DNA from: Candidatus Obscuribacteraceae bacterium | GTDB taxonomy: Bacteria; Cyanobacteriota; Vampirovibrionia; Obscuribacterales; Obscuribacteraceae | Length of the DNA: 64,000 nucleotides | NCBI GenBank assembly: GCA_044226015.1 | Contig: JBGAHS010000001.1 | Coordinates: 192,001 to 256,000 of the forward strand | Direction of reading: 5' to 3' | Shown: in pieces, positions 57,601-64,000 of the stretch | Layout: each line of letters starts with the position of its first letter | How positions within the stretch are numbered: the stretch's first letter is position 1 | Program-made: the position numbers and the translations under genes | The notes under the pieces: generated by a model | Told to the model about the DNA's origin: nothing | What the model saw: only the letters and a program-made list of their open reading frames with translations | Database searches by the model: none

Positions 57601-59268
57601 TTACATTCCCTTTGACTGTATGCGATTTGCTTCTGCTAAGAATGGTTTTAAATCTCCATGCACTGATGCCACTGCTAGTAGTGCCCTCCAAATACCGACA
57701 CGGGCGATTGCTTCTTGCATTCGCGATTGCGCCAAAACTTGATTGGCTTCTGCTACTTGTGCCACACTTCCAAGCCCAGTTTTATATCGAGCTTCAGCTT
57801 GTTGCACAGCATGTTCAGCTGCATGAACTTGTATTGGCATGTTGGCTGCAATTTGAACTGCAGTTTTCACCCGCGCGCGTGACTTTACGTCCTCAGTGCG
57901 TAGATTTTGCATCACCAGGTTGTATTCCTGCTGCTGCGCATTTATTCTCTGGTCTTGCACTTTCTTTTGAGCTTTGGTGCGGAAGTAATCAAGGAAATTC
58001 CAGTTAACGATAACCGCCAACTGGTAGTTTGGAATTACAGGAAAAACGCCATTGCCACCTAAAGATTGGTCGTGTTTGCCGTCAAGCCCCAGTCCTGAGC
58101 CTCGGGTGGAGAAGCCTCCCAGAAGGTGGAAAACGGGGAAGTTCTCTTTATCGAGTACTTTGCGCTGAGCTATCGCTGCTACAATAGAGGCTCTGGATGA
58201 CTTCAGTACAGGCACTTCCTCGAATATAGGCTTTGTCTGTTGGGTCTGAGTTGCTTGTGTGTCTGTGGCGAGTCCGGTCGGGTCGATCGAGACTTCGCTG
58301 CCACCAGCCCCGATGGCGTTTGCAAGGTTCGCCAGGGCGATTTCTTTAGCAAGTCTTGCTCTTAGAAGTTGGTTGCTTGCATTTGCTAATTGTGCTTCTG
58401 CTAGAGAGGCGTCGGCTCCTGGCTTGAGGTAGGCTTTAACCTGAGCATTCACAACAGTGCGGAACTGCGAGAAAGAAGCGACGTTTTCTTCAGCTGCACG
58501 AACTTGTTCTAAAGACTCAACCACGTCAAGAAATGCACTTGATGCCGCAACAGAAACATCGAATCTTGTAACTGCAAGTTGCGCCGTGGCTTGTCCATAT
58601 TGAGATTTGCTTAGATTGATGCGCGCTTTATGCAAGCCGAAGTCTAGAGGCGCCCAGTCAAGACTAGCACCAGCACCACTGTAAAAGATGGGTTTCATCG
58701 TCACATTATTGGGAAGTCCCGGACCAGCCACAGCCGGAAATACAGGGCTTCCGAAAAACACCTGGCTGATCTTGTTGTGAGAAGACATAATCTCTTGATA
58801 TTGAAGCAATGAATCAGGCAAATATTCATTCAGTTTTTGCACTGAAATGTTCTTTTGGGCTGCATTGCTCTCCGCGATGCTTCGTAATATTGAAGGATAG
58901 TTTCTTTCCGCATACGTAACCGCGGATGTGAGTGTGAATGGCTTTGTAATTACTGTTTGCTCAATGGAGTTTTTCAGGGTTACTGGTGATGAAAAGTCGC
59001 CGGATGGAGCCGGTCTGAGCGGAATGTTCTTACTGGTGTCCTGCGCCTCAGGGTCGCTAGTTCGTGGCGATAGGCTTCTGTTGTGGTTGGGCGTGCTCAG
59101 CTCAGGGTGAGCCAAGTTTTCGGGAGAAGCTGGTTCTCCCGGTCCGCGCAGTGCCGGTGTTGATTGCGCAAGGCTGGCGTTGATGCAATACCCGCTGAAA
59201 AAGATGGAAATGCTCAGGTAAAAACAACCTGCGTTTATTTTGCTCTTGATACCTGTTCTTGTCGTCAT
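57601..59268 (-). CDS. TolC family outer membrane protein
   Basis: Signal peptide; helical repeats ARY..GLG...V..A; first gene of a TolC-RND-MFP operon. Confidence 0.88.
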   Translation of the reverse strand: MTTRTGIKSKINAGCFYLSISIFFSGYCINASLAQSTPALRGPGEPASPENLAHPELSTPNHNRSLSPRTSDPEAQDTSKNIPLRPAPSGDFSSPVTLKNSIEQTVITKPFTLTSAVTYAERNYPSILRSIAESNAAQKNISVQKLNEYLPDSLLQYQEIMSSHNKISQVFFGSPVFPAVAGPGLPNNVTMKPIFYSGAGASLDWAPLDFGLHKARINLSKSQYGQATAQLAVTRFDVSVAASSAFLDVVESLEQVRAAEENVASFSQFRTVVNAQVKAYLKPGADASLAEAQLANASNQLLRARLAKEIALANLANAIGAGGSEVSIDPTGLATDTQATQTQQTKPIFEEVPVLKSSRASIVAAIAQRKVLDKENFPVFHLLGGFSTRGSGLGLDGKHDQSLGGNGVFPVIPNYQLAVIVNWNFLDYFRTKAQKKVQDQRINAQQQEYNLVMQNLRTEDVKSRARVKTAVQIAANMPIQVHAAEHAVQQAEARYKTGLGSVAQVAEANQVLAQSRMQEAIARVGIWRALLAVASVHGDLKPFLAEANRIQSKGM

Positions 59269-59988
59269 ATAACACTTTGAGCTGATTTGGGCTTATTTTG
59301 CTGATTTGCTTTTGGACACAATCCTGTAACAGTTAGATGTTTGGTGCGAGCTTCCAGGCTGCAAGAATGCTGGTTTCGCTCTCGAGAATCTATCAATTCA
59401 ACATCTTTGAAGTGTGCAAGCTTTGTGGAAGATGCTTCAGTCGAAAACGCTGGGAATGTATTATTTGTGCTTGTTGACAGGGGGGCGCTGGGTAGTAACT
59501 GGACTGCTTTTGCTCCGGATTCCTGAACGTTTCCTTGCTTTACTATTGCTCAAAGCTCTTGTGCTTGCGATTTTTCTTAGATTTACTCGCTTGCCAGAGG
59601 TGCACACTTGTAGTTTAGTTTGATGAAGCAGCGCCCGAAATCGATTCGCCAGGAAAGAGCTTAGCGATTGCGCCTATTGTTTCGCACAGTTTCTTATCCT
59701 CCCAACGTAGGTACAAAGTAAATCCTCGATGTGTGGGATTTGGGGCACAGCAAGAATGGCTCTAACCTGTTTACCCTGCTTCTACAATAGCTGAGGAATG
59801 TAACTGAATTGTGTTGACACAAGAGTGGTTGCTGTATTCAATGGACGAAATTTTCTGAAAAAAGGGTCGGAAGTGAGAGATGTTCAATTCCTAAATCTAT
59901 ATTTTTGATTCTTTTTCGCCTAAAGTCGATTGGCGGTAGTTGAATGGGGAATGTGGTCTTTAGGAACGTGTATCTAGAGGTCAGCCCT

Positions 59989-61605
59989 ATGAATTTGAAA
60001 AATGAAGGTAAGAAGGCGCAGAAAAAGTGGCTCGCATGCACTTTGCTGTCCTTGTCTCTTCCGACATTTGTATGCCCTGCATTTGCAGATGACCCAGTAT
60101 TCGGAGGGCAGAGCTGGTCGATTGTGCCTTCGGGTGATTCCTCAAGCTCATCAGCCCATAGTCAATCCGCTAGCCCCAAGGCAAGCCCTGTTGAGACAGG
60201 CGCTGTAGTGGAGAATGAGCGTCGCAGTCCGGCGGAAGAGGGCCAAGCCGGCAAGATGAAAGAGAATGTTTCGATCAATCCGGGTGGGCTGAAACCTATG
60301 CCTTTGCCGGGACTCGCACCGTCGCCAGTTGCTGCTCAGGGCATAAAACTTTATGGGCGTATAGAAGAACTTGCAAGCGGTGCTGGTGCGAAAATTCCTC
60401 TCAAGCTCGTAGCGATGAAGCCAATTAGAGATGCCAGTCTTGATGAAAAGCTTCAGGCAAAGGTTGAGAAAGATGTGCCGAAAGACCCCAAGTTAGTGGC
60501 GACAATTGCAGCGTCAGCCCGTCGGGAGGTGTCGTTTCCTTTCGACTATCGAGGAACCTGGTCTGGAGTTCTTACAGTTACCGATGTGAAATTTGATCCA
60601 CGTTTTTATGAGATCGACCGTGAAGAGGCCGAGAAGCAAGCACACATGATAGTTAGAGGACTGAATGGAAATTGTGCTGTCACCTTCTATCAAGGTCCAA
60701 ACAATAAAATTGCGGTAAAACCTACACAGGTTTATTTCAAGGTTCAAGATACTGTTGGTGAGCAAATGAAGATGATGCAAGGCTCACCTTTAGGTGCAAT
60801 GCTTGGAGCCTTTGGCGGTGATAACAGCGCCATGATGCAGAATATTCAAAATATGCCTATCTCTGTGCCGATCGCCATGCCGTTGGGTGCTACCGGTTCA
60901 GAGATGATGTCAAATACTGGTATTACAGGCGGTACTATAGATAATTCGCTGATGCGCAACAATCTTAAAGAACTCGCCAAGGGTGTAATGGAAAATGACA
61001 TCGTTACGAGAGATAAGGAAACTGGGCGTGATGGCAAAGTCAAAACAGGCTATACAGAGAGTGTTTTGCGTTTCACAAAGCAATCACCTACCCGACTCTT
61101 CATGCAGGCTGCTGCAGTTAGCTATGATGACGATGGTAATTTCTTGAACAAGGTTCTTCTTAGCGGCTCTATTGAAAAGGGCGCTCCTGTTGTGATTCCT
61201 TCTGCAGAAGTCGCTGGGATGACTATTCCTGCTGGTGCAGGTGGCGCTGGCGACGGTGGCATGGGGGCTATACAGCAGATGCTAGGAGGAGGCGGTGGCG
61301 GAGCCGGTGGTTTGGGAGCACTTCAGCAAATGTTAGGTGGTCAGGGTGGTAGCGCAGGCGGTGCCGGCGGGCTCGGAGCCCTCCAGCAGATGCTAGGTGG
61401 CCAAGGTGGAGGAGGCGGTGCTTCTGGCTTGGGAGCACTTCAGCAAATGATGGGCGGACAGGGCGGCAATGCTGGCTCGGGCGGCGGGCTTGGAGGATTG
61501 CAAAACTTGTTCGGCGGACAAGGGGGCGGAGGCTCTCTTGGGAATCAACTGCAGCAACAAGGAATGCAAGAGCAAGATGCCATTAAGCAACTTCTGCAAG
61601 AGTAG
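59989..61605 (+). CDS. Secreted hypothetical protein with Gly/Gln/Met-rich repeated tail
   Basis: Signal peptide ending AFA; five GGLGALQQMLGGQGG-like units; GAGG before ATG 59989. Confidence 0.8.
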   Translation: MNLKNEGKKAQKKWLACTLLSLSLPTFVCPAFADDPVFGGQSWSIVPSGDSSSSSAHSQSASPKASPVETGAVVENERRSPAEEGQAGKMKENVSINPGGLKPMPLPGLAPSPVAAQGIKLYGRIEELASGAGAKIPLKLVAMKPIRDASLDEKLQAKVEKDVPKDPKLVATIAASARREVSFPFDYRGTWSGVLTVTDVKFDPRFYEIDREEAEKQAHMIVRGLNGNCAVTFYQGPNNKIAVKPTQVYFKVQDTVGEQMKMMQGSPLGAMLGAFGGDNSAMMQNIQNMPISVPIAMPLGATGSEMMSNTGITGGTIDNSLMRNNLKELAKGVMENDIVTRDKETGRDGKVKTGYTESVLRFTKQSPTRLFMQAAAVSYDDDGNFLNKVLLSGSIEKGAPVVIPSAEVAGMTIPAGAGGAGDGGMGAIQQMLGGGGGGAGGLGALQQMLGGQGGSAGGAGGLGALQQMLGGQGGGGGASGLGALQQMMGGQGGNAGSGGGLGGLQNLFGGQGGGGSLGNQLQQQGMQEQDAIKQLLQE

Positions 61606-61961
61606 ATAGTCCACTCGTCTTGCTTTATTTTGCTTCTTGGAAAAATGACAAGGGACCTCCTTACTTCATTTGATAAAGCAATTAGAGCTTGTGCTTGGCG
61701 AATAAATGCCTGCAAATGCGGCGCATCATTATAGTTCGCAAAAGTTTCGTATAACTTTCAGTGCAGACGCTCTGGAACTATTTTGATTACAAATGGGGAC
61801 AGTCTGTCTCTTGTTTGCAATTGCTGTAAAATGATGCGAGGAACAGTCTCTGTGATCTTGACAGCTTCACGGCATCTGGCTCATATTTGAACCCAATCCT
61901 AATGCTCCCATTTACAGTTAGAGTGCAAACTCATTCGCCCAGGTAGCTTTTCGGCTCACTA

Positions 61962-63356
61962 ATGCAAGTATTTTTTTTACAGCTTTTCATTCTTTTCTTG
62001 TGCGCAGCATTGAGTGCGTGCACTCATTCTGAGGAGAGTTCGGAAACTCGAGATAAGGCGGGTGAGGAAGCTCATGCTTCGTCCAATGGCGCAGGTTCTT
62101 TGACAGTTTCCTCCAATGTAGCTAAGCACATGCAATTTGCCGCGGAGAAAATAGAAAAGAGAGTGCTTGGTGAAGACTTGCACATGACGGGACGAATACG
62201 CCCTTACATTGGAAAAGAAGCGGACGTGGCACCGCGATTTTCCGGTCGTGTTCTTGAAGTGAATGTGAAACCTGGTCAGGCAGTGCATCAGGGTCAGGTA
62301 CTTGCTCTTATCGATAGCCATGAGCTTGCCAGTCTGCAAGGCGAATTAATTGAGGCGCAATCAAAGCTTCGAATCGCTGAAGCTCAGCAAGAGCGTGAGC
62401 GGCTAGTTTATGAAGAGAACATTCAACGACCCAAATCGCTTATCGAAGCGAAGACGCATTTCGAATCTACGAAGGTACATCTTGAACTAGTCGAATCTGA
62501 TCATAAAAGAATTGAGGGATTGTACAAAGCGAAAATTGCTGCGGCAAAAGACTTCTTGGCTGCTGCAGCGACTCTGGCAAAGGCTAAATTGGAGTTCAAA
62601 GAAGCGCAGACCCAGCTAGCCAGAGAAGAAAGCTTATATAAAAACAGGGCTCTGTTGCGTCGAGATTTGCAATTAGCTGAAGCCGAAACCCTTAAAGAAA
62701 AGAACCATTTTACGACACTTCAGCAACGTCTTGAGGTCTCAGGAATGGCAGCGGACATGATTAAGGCTCTGCTAAAAACCGGCAAGATAGTTATGACTTT
62801 GCCGATTCGCTCTGGTGTTGATGGCGTGGTTACTCATCAAGATGTTTCCGTTGGTGAACTCGTTGGACCCGATAAACACCTCTTCACTATCACTGACCTT
62901 TCAACGGTTGTGGTGATCGCAGACCTACCAGAGGTTGAGTCGAATGGAATTAAGATTGGTGACACAGTCAAAGTGCGAATTCCCAGCATGCCTGGAAAGG
63001 TTTTCACCGCAAAGATAAGCTGGATCAGTGACATGGTGAATGCGGAAACAAGAACTGTACCAATACGCGCCACTCTCGAAAATAAAGAGCGGAATTTCAA
63101 GATAAATATGTTTGCCGATATTGAATTACGTGCGCTACCACAGACGGTGCTCGCTTGTCCGAAGTCAGCTGTGCAAGACAAAGACGGCAATAAGATTGTT
63201 TTTGTTCAGGAAGGTGACCGGTACGTCGAGAAGCGTGTCGAATTAGGGCGAGACGACGAAAAATACAGTCAGATCATCTCAGGGCTGCAAGAGGGTGAAC
63301 AGGTTGTCACCACTGGGAGTCTGATGCTCAAGACGGAAATGTCTTACAAGAATTGA
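61962..63356 (+). CDS. CzcB-like heavy-metal RND periplasmic adaptor
   Basis: LSAC lipobox; PRFSGRV....VKPGQ.V..GQ; long coiled coil; DLSTV.V, ETRT, GLQEGEQVVT.G. Confidence 0.9.
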   Translation: MQVFFLQLFILFLCAALSACTHSEESSETRDKAGEEAHASSNGAGSLTVSSNVAKHMQFAAEKIEKRVLGEDLHMTGRIRPYIGKEADVAPRFSGRVLEVNVKPGQAVHQGQVLALIDSHELASLQGELIEAQSKLRIAEAQQERERLVYEENIQRPKSLIEAKTHFESTKVHLELVESDHKRIEGLYKAKIAAAKDFLAAAATLAKAKLEFKEAQTQLAREESLYKNRALLRRDLQLAEAETLKEKNHFTTLQQRLEVSGMAADMIKALLKTGKIVMTLPIRSGVDGVVTHQDVSVGELVGPDKHLFTITDLSTVVVIADLPEVESNGIKIGDTVKVRIPSMPGKVFTAKISWISDMVNAETRTVPIRATLENKERNFKINMFADIELRALPQTVLACPKSAVQDKDGNKIVFVQEGDRYVEKRVELGRDDEKYSQIISGLQEGEQVVTTGSLMLKTEMSYKN

Positions 63357-63366
63357 TGGTAAAAAC

Positions 63367-64000
63367 GTGATAGACAAGCTCATTACTGTAGCGATAGAGC
63401 AACGGCTGGCAACTGTAGGTGCTGTTTTCTTATTGATCGTTCTCGGTGTATGGGCAATTCTGAATCTGCCGATTGATTCTTTTCCCGACGTTAGCAATGT
63501 GCAAGTGCAAATCATCACTGAGCCTGAAACTATGGCTACGCAGGAAGTTGAGCAGCAGATTACTTTCCCAATTGAAAATGCTCTTAATGGGCTTCCGAAA
63601 GTCAAGCAGATTCGCTCTAATTCGAGCTTCGGTCTTTCGGTCGTTACGGCAATTTTTGATGATGATACTGATGTTTACTTTGCACGCCAGTTGGTGCAAC
63701 AGCGACTGTCTCAAATGGATTTGCCCGAAGGTGCACCAAAATCAATTCTGGGTCCAGTGGTTTCAAGCTTCAGTCAGGTTTACATGTATTACCTTGAGAG
63801 TAATACTTTAGACCTCACTCAGCTACGAACTTTGCAAGATTGGGTTGTTGCACGGAGGCTCAAGGCTGTTCCAGGCGTTGGAAACGTCGTGTCGTATGGG
63901 GGTTATGTCAAAGAGTATCAAGTACTCGTCGACCCCGTGAAACTGCGGGCGTATGGGTTAACCGTGCGCGATGTAAGCACAGCCCTGCCAGCCAATAATT
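63367..64000 (+). CDS. CusA/CzcA family heavy-metal RND permease (runs off window)
   Basis: Manual translation from GTG 63367: MIDKLITVAIEQRL...LPIDSFPDVSNVQVQIITE...EVEQQITFPIE...SFGLS...ARQLV...LRTLQDW. Confidence 0.92.
   Translation, partial: MIDKLITVAIEQRLATVGAVFLLIVLGVWAILNLPIDSFPDVSNVQVQIITEPETMATQEVEQQITFPIENALNGLPKVKQIRSNSSFGLSVVTAIFDDDTDVYFARQLVQQRLSQMDLPEGAPKSILGPVVSSFSQVYMYYLESNTLDLTQLRTLQDWVVARRLKAVPGVGNVVSYGGYVKEYQVLVDPVKLRAYGLTVRDVSTALPANN

Noticed and set aside
74..63811. Numerous short ORFs nested in or antisense to long genes
   Set aside because: Shadow frames of well-supported CDSs with no independent motifs.

Overview
Gene-dense bacterial chromosomal window with no rRNA, tRNA, CRISPR array or intact IS/phage recognised. 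The gene content (GuaB3-type IMPDH, TPR-tailed Ser/Thr kinase, TolC/RND systems, degenerate MshEN-like repeats) suggests a diderm non-photosynthetic relative of Cyanobacteria such as Obscuribacterales; this is inference only. Main content in order: two thioredoxins, an FtsH-like membrane protease with three tandem AAA modules, iaaA, a kinase, a CPBP protease, an FHA/J-like/phosphohexomutase/FtsB-like run, a spermidine-synthase-like membrane methyltransferase, an IS1595-derived protein lacking its DDE core, a DUF5685-like protein with a 31-Cys tail, tsaD, ridA, a Tad/Flp pilus locus with no secretin in the window, a prenyltransferase-repeat/DUF362/HTTM/GT-C cluster, ATP-grasp, serine hydrolase, two Hsp20, guaB3, M28 peptidase, GAF protein, a complete TolC-RND-MFP system and the start of a CzcBA-like system. 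The most striking observations are four. (1) The triple-AAA FtsH. (2) A nested inverted/tandem-repeat structured element between flp and cpaB whose unit recurs in frame inside an unrelated gene 17 kb away. (3) Many locus-specific tandem arrays, several of which copy the adjacent stop codon or terminator. (4) The domesticated-looking transposase and the Cys-tailed DDxxD-like protein. All family calls are by motif recognition; no searches were run.
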